From Campylobacterota bacterium (GTDB lineage: Bacteria > Campylobacterota > Campylobacteria > Campylobacterales > Sulfurimonadaceae): 55,017 nucleotides of DNA. Made by a program: the position numbers and the translations under genes. How positions within the stretch are numbered: position 1 is the stretch's first letter; every line of letters starts with the position of its first letter. The notes under the pieces were generated by a model, which saw only the letters and a program-made list of their open reading frames with translations, was not told where the DNA came from and did no database searches. Below are positions 42,274 to 51,939 of this stretch, in pieces. Where the stretch lies: contig JAYEMF010000027.1 of NCBI GenBank assembly GCA_034717975.1, positions 1 through 55,017 on the forward strand, written 5' to 3'.

Positions 42274-42348
42274 AGCCAAGAATTTAACCGATTTTTAAGT
42301 AAAAATTCCCTATTATTGCGTGCTAAAATTAACAACTAGGGGATGTTT

Positions 42349-42483
42349 ATGAAAAGAACATATCAACCACATAATACACCACGTAAACGTACGCACGGTT
42401 TTCGTACTCGTATGGCAACGAAGAATGGTCGCAAGATCATCAATGCACGTCGTGCCAAAGGCAGAAAATCACTGACTGTGTAA
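42349..42483 (+). CDS. rpmH: 50S ribosomal protein L34 (not in ORF track)
   Basis: [44 protein letters not shown]. Confidence 0.97.
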   Translation: MKRTYQPHNTPRKRTHGFRTRMATKNGRKIINARRAKGRKSLTV

Positions 42484-42494
42484 ACAGTTTTTCG

Positions 42495-42830
42495 ATTTTA
42501 AAGACAAACGGGCAGTTCCAGTTTGTCTATAAACGGGGCAAAAGCGTCCATGCACGCTCCCTTGTCCTCTTCTATCTCCCAAAAAAGGGAGAAAAAAACG
42601 TTGGCTATACGGCCAGCAAAAAAGTCGGTAATGCCGTTGTCCGAAACCGTTCTAAACGGCGGTTACGGGCACTTTTTGCCGAATTTGCCTCACTACTTCA
42701 GGATGGCAGTTACGTCCTGGTAGCGAAGGCATCGATGAGTACAACTTCATATGAAGCTTTGAAACGTGACTGCAGACACGTCTTGAAGCGTACAGGTGGG
42801 TTAGCAGATGCTAAAAAAGTCTCTTCTTAA
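42495..42830 (+). CDS. rnpA: Ribonuclease P protein component (non-canonical start; 5' end uncertain)
   Basis: ILKTNGQFQFVYKRGK...GYTASKKVGNAVVRNRSKRRLR (RNR motif); between rpmH and yidD. Confidence 0.92.
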   Translation: MLKTNGQFQFVYKRGKSVHARSLVLFYLPKKGEKNVGYTASKKVGNAVVRNRSKRRLRALFAEFASLLQDGSYVLVAKASMSTTSYEALKRDCRHVLKRTGGLADAKKVSS

Positions 42831-43137
42831 GCTGCTGGCCTTCTATCAGCGGTTCATTACCCTGATCGGTTTTGGCAGCTGCCGTTACTACCCTACCTGT
42901 TCGGAATATGCCAAATGGCAGTTCGAAGAAAACTCCATTCCAAGCGCTTTTTATCACTCTTTCTTACGAATTTTACGTTGCAATCAGCTTTTTCCAGGCG
43001 GCATTGATTATCCGCTTTTAGACAAACTCTGTCTCAAACCGACAAAACTGGCAATCGATTCTATAAAATTTTGGCTGGTTCCCGACCAGAAAAACCGCTT
43101 TTTTATTATTAAAAATTTTGACTATAAAGGTTTATAA
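42808..43137 (+). CDS. yidD: Membrane protein insertion efficiency factor YidD
   Basis: CRYYPTCSEYA; RILRCNQLFPGGID. Confidence 0.94.
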   Translation: MLKKSLLKLLAFYQRFITLIGFGSCRYYPTCSEYAKWQFEENSIPSAFYHSFLRILRCNQLFPGGIDYPLLDKLCLKPTKLAIDSIKFWLVPDQKNRFFIIKNFDYKGL

Positions 43138-44786
43138 TGCTAGATAATATGACATCCAATCAGCGACTGATACTTGCAGTCGTCCTCTCCTTCGTCTTCT
43201 TTTTGGGTTATACGACGCTTTTCCCACCGGAACAAGCAGAAGTGAGTGAGCCGAATGCAACGCAGCAGAGTGTTGCCCTGAAACAGAGTGACAAAAATGC
43301 AGTAACCGGTTCTATCCCGCCAAAACAGAGCAGTGTCGGTCATACGGTACGTGCCGATGAAACGGTTGCAAAAAGTGTTTCAAACACACTGGTGAGCATC
43401 GAGTCAGATCAGTTCACAATGCAGATCGATACGCTTGGACGTATCGCTTCAAAAGTCCTCAAGGATGAGAAGTATTTCAACGAAGATGGAGAGCCTTCGC
43501 AGTTGGTTCCTGATTTCGGTGCCAAACCTCTCTATATCCGTTTTGCGGATGAAGCGACCAATGAAGCCTCGACACGAACAGCCTACAGTGCTGACGTCAC
43601 TTCGGCAACACTTGCTGATGGTCAATCAGTAACGATTACGATGACACAGGTGCTGCCGGACGTGACAGTTGAGAAGCGGGTCACTTTTCACAGTGACGGC
43701 CATTATGACGTGAGCATCAACCTCTCTAACGAAAAACGCTACTTTGTCTACCTGGGTCAACGTCCTCAGGTCAGCGATCAGATGATGACCGTACGCGGTG
43801 CACTTGTTTATACGGGTGACGATATGACGACGATCTTTGAAGATGGCGATGTCGAAGGGCGTACAAGTTTTACCGATGTCAAACTCTTCTCGGCGTTCGA
43901 CCAGTACTTTGCATCGATCTTTTATGGGCTGAAGAATGAGATCACCGTTTATGTAGAGCGTGACCGTGATGACAATCCGATCAGCTATTTCGATGCGCCG
44001 CAGCATGTTGAATTTAACGGCTATATCGGACCAAAAGATTATAAGGTACTCAAATCGGCTGACCCGGTTCTTGTCAATGCGATCGAGTATGGCTGGTTTA
44101 CCTTTGCTTCGGCTCCACTCTTCCAGCTGCTTCTGTGGCTGCATGGTATCTTCGGAAACTGGGGTTGGGCGATTGTCGGCTTGACACTTATTATCCGTGC
44201 GGTGCTTTACCCGCTGACCTATAAAGGGATGATGGGGATGCAGAAGATCAAGGAGATCGCTCCGAAAGTCAAAGAGGTTCAGGCCAAATATAAAGGCGAT
44301 CCGCAGCGAATGAACGCAGCGGTTATGGATCTTTATAAGAAACACGGTGCCAACCCGCTCGGCGGATGTCTGCCGATGCTGCTTCAGATCCCTGTATTTT
44401 TCGCGATCTACCGTGTTCTTCTGAATGCGGTCGAGCTTCAGGGTGCTGAGTGGATCTTCTGGATCAACGACCTCTCCCGTATGGATCAATTTTACATCTT
44501 GCCAATCCTGATGGGTGCATCGATGTACTACCAGCAGAAGATGACGCCAAGCAACTTTACCGATCCGATGCAGGAAAAGATATTCAAGTTCCTGCCGATC
44601 ATCTTCACCTTCTTCTTCCTGACATTCCCGTCAGGCCTGGTGCTTTACTGGTTCGTTAACAACCTCTTCTCTATCGGACAGCAGCTGATCGTCAACAAGA
44701 AGTTCGAAGCTGCCAAAGCGTTACGCCATGAAGAGCATGAAGCGAAGAAACATCATAAGGGTGGGAAAGATCATGCTGAAGATTGA
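43137..44786 (+). CDS. yidC: Membrane protein insertase YidC
   Basis: GNWGWAI, NPLGGCLPMLLQIP, GLVLYW. Confidence 0.97.
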   Translation: MLDNMTSNQRLILAVVLSFVFFLGYTTLFPPEQAEVSEPNATQQSVALKQSDKNAVTGSIPPKQSSVGHTVRADETVAKSVSNTLVSIESDQFTMQIDTLGRIASKVLKDEKYFNEDGEPSQLVPDFGAKPLYIRFADEATNEASTRTAYSADVTSATLADGQSVTITMTQVLPDVTVEKRVTFHSDGHYDVSINLSNEKRYFVYLGQRPQVSDQMMTVRGALVYTGDDMTTIFEDGDVEGRTSFTDVKLFSAFDQYFASIFYGLKNEITVYVERDRDDNPISYFDAPQHVEFNGYIGPKDYKVLKSADPVLVNAIEYGWFTFASAPLFQLLLWLHGIFGNWGWAIVGLTLIIRAVLYPLTYKGMMGMQKIKEIAPKVKEVQAKYKGDPQRMNAAVMDLYKKHGANPLGGCLPMLLQIPVFFAIYRVLLNAVELQGAEWIFWINDLSRMDQFYILPILMGASMYYQQKMTPSNFTDPMQEKIFKFLPIIFTFFFLTFPSGLVLYWFVNNLFSIGQQLIVNKKFEAAKALRHEEHEAKKHHKGGKDHAED

Positions 44787-45669
44787 AGCTGATACATTAG
44801 AAACCGCTTATGCCAAGGCATCGGACCAGCTAGGATGTTCGGTGACAGAGTTAGAGGTTCAAGTGATTCAAGTCCCATCCAAAGGCTTTTTGAACCTTTT
44901 CTTTAAAAAACAGGCCATCATCGTCGCTCGCAGCAATGTCAGAAGTGCCAAAACTGATGAGCCTGAGCAAAAGAGAGATGAAGAGAAGGCTGAACGTAAA
45001 TCGGCACCTCTCAAAGAACTGCTTGAGGATGAGGCAGAACGCGAAGAGCCAGCTGTTTCAACGCCAAAACAGTTAAATGAGACAATTCTGCCGCAGTCAT
45101 TTGTAACTGACCAGGATGAGGACAACGAAGCTGAAGTCATTGAGCGCGAAGACTACAGCGATAAAAGTGCGGCAGTATCTGAAAGTTTTTTCAGTGAACG
45201 AAAGCCACTTGAAGAGATAGCAGAAGAGGTTGGCAGTAAAGTCAATGAACTGTTTGCTTCTGTCTGCTTTGATATTGACGCTATTAATGTATCGCCTTAT
45301 GATGATGAGACGCTTCTTATCGAATTCAGCGGTGCGGATGCGGCACTGCTGATCGGCAAGGAGGGGTACCGCTACAAGGCTCTCTCCTATATGCTTTTTA
45401 ACTGGATCAATGCAGAGTATCAGCTGCAGCTGCGTCTTGAAATCGCCGAGTTCCTGAAAAACCAGGAAGAGTCGATCGGGCGTTATCTTGTCGGTGTTTA
45501 TGAAAATATTGAGCGTGACGGACGTTCCCAGACGAAGATTCTTGATGGGGTACTGGTCCAGATCGCCCTGCGTGAACTTCGTAGTCGCTATCCGGACAAA
45601 TATGTCGCTATCCGCTCGACACGCGATGGTGCGAAGTTCATTATCATCAACGACTACAACGAGTATTGA
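44773..45669 (+). CDS. jag: Jag/KhpB RNA-binding protein (ATG 44773)
   Basis: Jag_N domain (KGFL); KH motif LLIGKEG; between yidC and mnmE. Confidence 0.88.
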   Translation: MLKIEADTLETAYAKASDQLGCSVTELEVQVIQVPSKGFLNLFFKKQAIIVARSNVRSAKTDEPEQKRDEEKAERKSAPLKELLEDEAEREEPAVSTPKQLNETILPQSFVTDQDEDNEAEVIEREDYSDKSAAVSESFFSERKPLEEIAEEVGSKVNELFASVCFDIDAINVSPYDDETLLIEFSGADAALLIGKEGYRYKALSYMLFNWINAEYQLQLRLEIAEFLKNQEESIGRYLVGVYENIERDGRSQTKILDGVLVQIALRELRSRYPDKYVAIRSTRDGAKFIIINDYNEY

Positions 45670-45687
45670 TCTGTATTGCAGATCAGA

Positions 45688-45791
45688 CAAGAGGGAAGTG
45701 GAAAGTGGGAAGAGGAAAGAGAAAAAACTTGAACTTTTTTATTGATTTTCAACACTCATTACCCCTTTCCCCTTTCCCCTTCCCCCCTCCC
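45688..45791. repeat. Inverted heptamer purine/pyrimidine repeat array
   Basis: GAGGGAA GTGGAAA GTGGGAA GAGGAAA GAGAAAA ... TTACCCC TTTCCCC TTTCCCC TTCCCCC. Confidence 0.7.
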
Positions 45792-45816
45792 ATAACCTAC
45801 AAAGTAGGTTACAATC

Positions 45817-47160
45817 ATGTCTAGTACAATCGCTGCCGTTGCTACTGCACATGGCATCGGTTCTATCTCTATTATCCGTCTTAGCGGTGATGATGCACTG
45901 AGTATCGCCAAAACCCTTACAAAAAAAGAGAACTTTACCCCACGCCACGCCACCCTTACACCGGTTTATGACACAAATGATGAACTGATCGACGAAGCCA
46001 TCGTTATCTACTTCAAAGGGCCGTACAGTTTTACGGCTGAAGACATTGTGGAACTGCAGTGCCATGGCGGCCATATCGTTGCGCAGGAAGTCTTGGATGC
46101 TGTTCTGGAAGCCGGTGCCCGTCTGGCGGAACCGGGTGAGTTCAGCAGACGTGCGTTTCACAACGGTCGCATCGACCTCACTGAAGCCGAAGCGATCGCC
46201 CAGCTGATCGAAGCAAAAAGTGAAGATGCCGCAAAGATATTAGCCAAGCAGATGAAAGGCTCGCTGCGTCACTACGTGGAGTCGGTGCGCGATCAGCTGC
46301 TGGAGATCATGGCCTATTCGGAAGTGACCATCGACTATGCGGAAGAGGACCTTCCCGAAGACCTGATCGATCAGATGAAAGCGAAGCTGGGTGCCCTCTA
46401 CCGTGAACTCTCCCGCACTCTGCAGGCGAGCCAGAGCCGTGCAGGATTGATGCAGGGATTTAAAGTAGCCATTATCGGCAAGCCAAATGTCGGGAAAAGT
46501 TCACTGCTCAATGCGCTACTCAATTACAACCGTGCCATTGTCAGTGATATTGCCGGAACGACACGTGATACGATTGAAGAGCAGGTGAAGATCGGTACCC
46601 ATCTTATCCGTATTATCGATACGGCGGGGATCCGTGAGTCCATCGACGAGATCGAGCGGATCGGGATCGAGCGTTCGATTGCCGCCATCGAAGAGAGTGA
46701 TATCGTGATTGCCCTGTTTGACGGCAGTGGTGAAGCCGACAGTGAAGATGAGACGATCATCAGACTTCTTAAAGAGTATCAGGATGAGAAAGAGCTGATC
46801 GTTGCGCTGAACAAGAGTGATCTGGAGCAAAGGTTCGACCATGCCGATATAGACACCTACACTCCTTTGCATTTGAACTGCAAAGCGAACGTCAATGCGC
46901 TTATCGATGTGCTGCAGGAGATGATGGACAGCAAAAATCTTTCGGATGAGACGATGCTGATCTCGACACGTCAGATCGATGCCGTGAAAAAGACCCTTCA
47001 AAATATCGATGATGCCGTGATGCCACTGGAAGATCAGGAGCTGGAGATATTCTCTTTCCACCTGACGCAGGCGATCAATGCCATCGCTTCGATCACCCGA
47101 CCGTTTGAGAATGATGAGATGCTCGATAAGATGTTCCGCAGCTTCTGTCTTGGGAAGTAG
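45817..47160 (+). CDS. mnmE: tRNA modification GTPase MnmE/TrmE
   Basis: GKPNVGKSSL, GTTRD, DTAGIR, C-terminal FCLGK. Confidence 0.98.
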   Translation: MSSTIAAVATAHGIGSISIIRLSGDDALSIAKTLTKKENFTPRHATLTPVYDTNDELIDEAIVIYFKGPYSFTAEDIVELQCHGGHIVAQEVLDAVLEAGARLAEPGEFSRRAFHNGRIDLTEAEAIAQLIEAKSEDAAKILAKQMKGSLRHYVESVRDQLLEIMAYSEVTIDYAEEDLPEDLIDQMKAKLGALYRELSRTLQASQSRAGLMQGFKVAIIGKPNVGKSSLLNALLNYNRAIVSDIAGTTRDTIEEQVKIGTHLIRIIDTAGIRESIDEIERIGIERSIAAIEESDIVIALFDGSGEADSEDETIIRLLKEYQDEKELIVALNKSDLEQRFDHADIDTYTPLHLNCKANVNALIDVLQEMMDSKNLSDETMLISTRQIDAVKKTLQNIDDAVMPLEDQELEIFSFHLTQAINAIASITRPFENDEMLDKMFRSFCLGK

Positions 47161-47187
47161 CGGCTTTGCCGCAGGGAAGGGGAAAGA

Positions 47188-47589
47188 GTGAAGAGGAAAA
47201 TAATTGCGATAGACCTTGGCCTGAAACGCATTGGGCTGGCTTACAGCGCCGATGGCAATATTGTCACCCCCTTACCCGCCGTTGAACGAAAAAATAGAAA
47301 TCAGGCTTCCGCCGCCGTTAAAGCGGTGATTGATGAGTGGGATGCCGAAGCGGTAGTGATCGGTATTCCGATGGGCGGAAGCTCCGAAGAGGAGATGCGC
47401 CGCCGCGTGGCGCACTTTATGAATCTGGTTGCATTTGACGGTCCGGTCTACTATCAGGATGAGAGTGACAGCTCATTAGAGGCCGAAGCCTTGATGAAGG
47501 GCGAGATCCGTCAAAAAAAGGATGGACGGATCGACTCGCTTTCAGCAAAGATTATTTTGGAACGATATCTTCACGCTTTAAAGGCATAA
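47188..47589 (+). CDS. ruvX: YqgF/RuvX pre-16S rRNA nuclease
   Basis: IAIDLGLKRIGLA, VIGIP, QDE..SS, IDSLSAKIILERY. Confidence 0.93.
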   Translation: MKRKIIAIDLGLKRIGLAYSADGNIVTPLPAVERKNRNQASAAVKAVIDEWDAEAVVIGIPMGGSSEEEMRRRVAHFMNLVAFDGPVYYQDESDSSLEAEALMKGEIRQKKDGRIDSLSAKIILERYLHALKA

Positions 47590-47591
47590 AT

Positions 47592-48113
47592 ATGATTCAG
47601 CTTTCCCCGAAAATATATGCAAAAGTCTCCGATATCACCCAGGAGAAGGTCTGTGCCATCGTCAATGCGGCCAACAGCTCATTGATGGGCGGCGGGGGAG
47701 TCGACGGTGCCATCCACCGTGCCGGTGGATCGGAGATATTACGAGCTTGCAAGCGTATACGGCAGAGTGACTACCCGGATGGTCTTCCTACGGGTGAAGC
47801 AGTAGCCACGACGGCGGGAGAGCTGCCGTCGAAGTATGTCATTCATACTGTCGGGCCGATCTATCGGCATTGCGGAGACAGATGCGCTTCACTTCTCAGT
47901 TCCTGTTATAAAAGCAGTATGGAGGAGGCCGCAAGAGTCGGGTGCGACAGCATCGCCTTTCCTGCCATATCTACAGGGATATACGGTTATCCGAAAAACG
48001 AAGCGGCTGAAATTGCATTGAATACGGTCAGGGCACTGCAGCTTCGCCATGCGATCACTGTAATCTTTGTTTTTCATTCCGAAGAAGATCTCAATACCTT
48101 TCTTACCAAATAG
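47592..48113 (+). CDS. ymdB: Macrodomain protein, O-acetyl-ADP-ribose deacetylase-like
   Basis: IVNAANSSLMGGGGVDGAIH; HTVGP; FPAISTGIYGYP. Confidence 0.92.
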   Translation: MIQLSPKIYAKVSDITQEKVCAIVNAANSSLMGGGGVDGAIHRAGGSEILRACKRIRQSDYPDGLPTGEAVATTAGELPSKYVIHTVGPIYRHCGDRCASLLSSCYKSSMEEAARVGCDSIAFPAISTGIYGYPKNEAAEIALNTVRALQLRHAITVIFVFHSEEDLNTFLTK

Positions 48114-48142
48114 GGCATTATGCCGCTATCAGGAGTTTATGC

Positions 48143-48220
48143 ATGGCCAATGCGTCAATTTTATTAATGGAAGATGAGCACTCCCGCTCTCCCTGTGACG
48201 CAGAAGCTCCTGTAAGATGA
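48143..48220 (+). pseudogene. Possible response-regulator receiver N-terminal remnant, or small ORF
   Basis: AGGAG + 7 nt + ATG; MANASILLMEDE then a stop after 25 codons. Confidence 0.35.
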
Positions 48221-48373
48221 TGTTGAAGAGATAAGCGATACAGATTGTGGTAAGAATTTTACAGGTCAGATGTGAAAATCTGTTTTTAATTACTTTTTAT
48301 CTTTTTTAGTGGTATCCTTAACTCTCATATTGAGAGGAGCTCTTTAGCCGAATGTTAAAAACAAAGTATTCCA

Positions 48374-50677
48374 ATGAATAAATTTATTCACCTTGAAAAG
48401 AGGATTTTCTATTTTATTGTTCCGTTTACACTCCTTGTTTTGGCTGTTCTCATGCAGGCGGGTTTTGAATTAAAAGAGGAGAAGCAGCAGCTTCAGGTTC
48501 AGCATCTTGAAACGGTTGGAAGCCAACTGCATCAGAAGATCACAAAGGGCCTTTTGCAACAGCAGGAGAGTACAACTACCATAGCGATTGCCAGTACCAG
48601 AAGTATTGTCATCAAAGATGATGGCAAGGCAATTGATATCGCTGAGAGCAGTCAGCAGCTGCAGGCTATCTCTGTCGAGCTTGCCAGGCATTCCAAACTG
48701 AAAAAGGTCTGGTTTCAGATTTATGATGCAAATGGTGAAAGTATCTACCATTCATGGAACGATCAACGTGGCACTACTCTTTTAAGTTCGGAAAAAGATC
48801 TAAAAGTGATGCTGAACAGGCCACAGATAATCGAATCGATCACTGTTGGAAAATATGGGCTCAGCTTTAAAACGATGATGCCGGTATTTGAACAAAAAAG
48901 TTTTATTGGCATAGTGGAGGTGATCACTTTTTTTGACACGATGGTGGAGACGTTTACAGACAGTGATGAAGCCCTGGTTATTGTTATTGACAAGCGTTTT
49001 CAGAGAGATCTTGCCGAATCTGCATCAAACTACTATATTGACGGTTATAATATTGTCAATCCAAACGTATTGCCGGATGGGTTGCTGCAGAGTGTGGAAA
49101 AAATCGGGATAGAATCCTTGATCGATGCTTCAGCCTATCTTGATTTTGAAGACTACCGTATCAATATCGATACGCTCCGAAATAAGTCTGCTCAGCAGGG
49201 TTCCTATCTGAAGGTGGATGACTACCTGATGGTACGTGAAAAGATCAAAGATTCCGACCACACGGAAATGGCTTATTTCCTGATGTTTAAAAAGCATTCG
49301 AGTATCGAGCACCGGGCACTCGATCAGTTAAGTTACACACTCAATATTATTTTTCTTTCCATTGTGATATTGGTTATCTTCATTGCTACCTCTTTTACGC
49401 TGCGTTACCTCTATATTGCAAAACTCAAAGAGACACGTATCAGTGATGCTCTGACCGGTCTGCCAAGCAAGACGAGACTTCTGGAAATACTCGAAGAGGA
49501 GAATAAGAGTGATAAAAAGCTTCTGATTGTAAATATCAATAACTTCAGTAACATTAACATCGTGTATGGATTTGAGAGGGGGGATTGGATTTTAAAATCG
49601 GTTGGACAGCGGTTTCAGAGTATGTGTGAATGCCGTAATGTCTTTCGAATAGAGGGCGATGAGTTCGCCATACTCTATGATGAGCATACCGATCTCATCA
49701 AGACGATCAAAATGATTCAGAATCACTTCTTTACACACCCCCTGAAACTTGGTGATTTCTCCTTGAACCTGGTCTTCTCATATGGTGCGGCAGAGTATGA
49801 AGCATATCTTTTTCGTGATGCCTCTTTTGCACTCAAACAGGCAAAAAATCTTGGTCCGAACCGTTATCATATCTATGATTCAAATACCGACAGCCTTGAT
49901 CAGGGTGCACGTAAAGAGTTCATCCGAATGAGTGGTGTTTTACATAAAGCTCTGGAGAGTGATGAGGTGGTTCCCTATTTTCAGGGGATTCGGGATAATA
50001 AAACCGGAAAGATCACCAAATTTGAGACATTGGCACGAATTCATCATGAGGGTAAGGTGTTAAACCCGAGTGAATTTATAGAGGTGGCGCAGACAACCGG
50101 TATGATCACCAAAGTTACGAAAGTGCTCATCGATAAAGCTTTTGCCTATATGAAAAAGAGGCCTTATACCTTTTCCATCAATATTACCGAAGAGGATCTC
50201 AATCATAACTACCTAAGCAAATATATTCAGCAGAAACTGCACCATCACCAGATGGACCCTGAACGGGTAATCATTGAAATCCTTGAAGGGGTGAGTGTCG
50301 GAGGGCAGAAAAACCATATGGAGCAGTTCAAAGCTTTGAAAAAGATGGGCCTGAAGCTGGCGATTGATGATTTTGGTGCCGAGTACTCCAATTTTGAACG
50401 TGTCCTGGAACTCGATGTTGACTTTTTAAAAATCGATGCCAAATATATTAAAGACATCGATGTCAATGAACGGAGTTACGAGATCACCAAGTCAATCGCC
50501 TATTTTGCCAAAAACACCAATATCCCCTGTATTGCCGAATTTGTCTCCTCCGCTGAGATTCAGGCGGTTATTGAAGAGCTTGGCATAGAGTTTTCGCAAG
50601 GCTATCACTTCTCTGTTCCGAAGGAGTTTATCCCAACCGTATCGGACAGCCTTTCAAATGTGGGTGCGAGAAAATAG
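48374..50677 (+). CDS. Membrane sensor with degenerate GGDEF plus EAL phosphodiesterase
   Basis: Two TMs; EGDEF; ETL; SINI, IEILE, AIDDFG, LKID, IAEFV, QGY. Confidence 0.9.
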   Translation: MNKFIHLEKRIFYFIVPFTLLVLAVLMQAGFELKEEKQQLQVQHLETVGSQLHQKITKGLLQQQESTTTIAIASTRSIVIKDDGKAIDIAESSQQLQAISVELARHSKLKKVWFQIYDANGESIYHSWNDQRGTTLLSSEKDLKVMLNRPQIIESITVGKYGLSFKTMMPVFEQKSFIGIVEVITFFDTMVETFTDSDEALVIVIDKRFQRDLAESASNYYIDGYNIVNPNVLPDGLLQSVEKIGIESLIDASAYLDFEDYRINIDTLRNKSAQQGSYLKVDDYLMVREKIKDSDHTEMAYFLMFKKHSSIEHRALDQLSYTLNIIFLSIVILVIFIATSFTLRYLYIAKLKETRISDALTGLPSKTRLLEILEEENKSDKKLLIVNINNFSNINIVYGFERGDWILKSVGQRFQSMCECRNVFRIEGDEFAILYDEHTDLIKTIKMIQNHFFTHPLKLGDFSLNLVFSYGAAEYEAYLFRDASFALKQAKNLGPNRYHIYDSNTDSLDQGARKEFIRMSGVLHKALESDEVVPYFQGIRDNKTGKITKFETLARIHHEGKVLNPSEFIEVAQTTGMITKVTKVLIDKAFAYMKKRPYTFSINITEEDLNHNYLSKYIQQKLHHHQMDPERVIIEILEGVSVGGQKNHMEQFKALKKMGLKLAIDDFGAEYSNFERVLELDVDFLKIDAKYIKDIDVNERSYEITKSIAYFAKNTNIPCIAEFVSSAEIQAVIEELGIEFSQGYHFSVPKEFIPTVSDSLSNVGARK

Positions 50678-50703
50678 TATTTCCGGCTGTTTTGACAGAG
50701 GTA

Positions 50704-50940
50704 TTAGCTTTTGGCGATATACTCTAAAATTTCATCGACAGAGGGGACCCGTCCGGTTGAGACGACCTCACCGTCGATGACCAGTCCCGGTGTCCCGGTG
50801 ACACCGTAGTTCATGATCTGCATCATATCCGAGACCTTTTCAAACTGGATAAACTTGCCGCTTTTGGCGATCGCCTCTTTTACTTTTGCTTCGAGCTCAT
50901 TGCATTTTCTGCAGCCCGTTCCCAATACTTCTATTTTCAT
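50704..50940 (-). CDS. Small thioredoxin-like redox protein (redox-active disulfide protein 2 type)
   Basis: GTGCRKC; TPGLVIDG; typical partner of ars permeases. Confidence 0.9.
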   Translation of the reverse strand: MKIEVLGTGCRKCNELEAKVKEAIAKSGKFIQFEKVSDMMQIMNYGVTGTPGLVIDGEVVSTGRVPSVDEILEYIAKS

Positions 50941-50952
50941 CTAAAATTTCTC

Positions 50953-51897
50953 CTATAAAATAATGTTGAACAGATAACCGATCCCGATGATCCCGATCCC
51001 GATAATGGCAAAAAAAGTGGCGATCAGGCGCGGGGCAAGGATCTGCTTCAGTATGATCGCTTCGGGCAAGCTCAGCGCCGTCACCGCCATCATAAACGAG
51101 AGCGCCGAACCGAGCAGCATCCCTTTTTCGGTCAGGACCTCTACCAGAGGCATCACACCGGCAGCTGAGGAGTACATCGGAATACCCATAATGACAGCCA
51201 GAGGTACGGCATACCAGGCATCACCTCCGGCATACTGAGCAATGAACTCTGCCGGGACATAGCCATGAAACCAGGCACCGACACCGACACCGACAAGGAC
51301 CCAGAGATAGATTTTTTTAAATATATCGAGCGTGGCCTGCCAGGCATCATGAATGCGCTGTTTAAGATGCAGAGTCGTTGTCTCGACATGCAGGTCGCCT
51401 TCCATCACAGGCACATCCAGCAGAATGTGTTTGTGCGCGTCGGTCCGGCCGATGAGCCAGCCGCCGATAATGGCGATAAGAAGGCCAAATCCGATGTAGA
51501 TGGCGGTGATCTTCAGCCCGAAGATGCCAAAGAGCATGGCGATGGCGATCTCATTGTTCAGCGGTGCGGAGATGAGAAAGCTGAAGGTGACTCCGACAGG
51601 AATACGAGCCTGCAAAAACCCAAGAAAGAGGGGAATGGCCGAACAGGTACAAAAGGGAGTGATGATGCCGAAGAGTGCGGCAAAAATATTACCGGTGAAC
51701 TCTTTTTTACCGGCAAGATAGGCACGTACCATCTCTGTATTCATCCAGGTACGTAAAAATGAGACGGCAAAGATGATGGTGATCAGCAGAAACCAGATCT
51801 TGATCGTATCGTAGATGAAAAAGTGGACGGCATCGGCGAATTTACCTGTTAAACCCAGCCAATTATTGACGAAATTTTGGCTTAGATCGTACCACAT
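50953..51897 (-). CDS. arsP: ArsP/DUF318 family permease
   Basis: TPFCTCSAIPLF; GIPMY; TALSLPE; in ars operon. Confidence 0.88.
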   Translation of the reverse strand: MWYDLSQNFVNNWLGLTGKFADAVHFFIYDTIKIWFLLITIIFAVSFLRTWMNTEMVRAYLAGKKEFTGNIFAALFGIITPFCTCSAIPLFLGFLQARIPVGVTFSFLISAPLNNEIAIAMLFGIFGLKITAIYIGFGLLIAIIGGWLIGRTDAHKHILLDVPVMEGDLHVETTTLHLKQRIHDAWQATLDIFKKIYLWVLVGVGVGAWFHGYVPAEFIAQYAGGDAWYAVPLAVIMGIPMYSSAAGVMPLVEVLTEKGMLLGSALSFMMAVTALSLPEAIILKQILAPRLIATFFAIIGIGIIGIGYLFNIIL

Positions 51898-51909
51898 AAA
51901 TATGCCTTT

Positions 51910-51937
51910 AATGAATGATGAATAGTGAAAAATGAAA
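51910..51937. repeat. Short heptamer tandem repeat
   Basis: ATGAATG ATGAATA GTGAAAA ATGAAAA. Confidence 0.45.
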
Positions 51938-51939
51938 AA

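Noticed and set aside
42523..42723. 66-aa ORF in the track
   Set aside because: Wrong frame; the overlapping frame carries the RnpA RNR motif
45688..45791. CRISPR array
   Set aside because: Low-complexity heptamers with no repeat-spacer structure and no cas genes
43626..47061. Long minus ORFs (287, 197 and 181 aa) opposite yidC, jag and mnmE
   Set aside because: Antisense shadows expected from codon bias
47188..48113. RuvX plus macrodomain (and DUF429 elsewhere) as an anti-phage system
   Set aside because: Both match ordinary housekeeping families; no defence-island context
48300..48373. c-di-GMP riboswitch upstream of the EAL gene
   Set aside because: Only a small hairpin (CTCTCA/TGAGAG); GEMM consensus not seen
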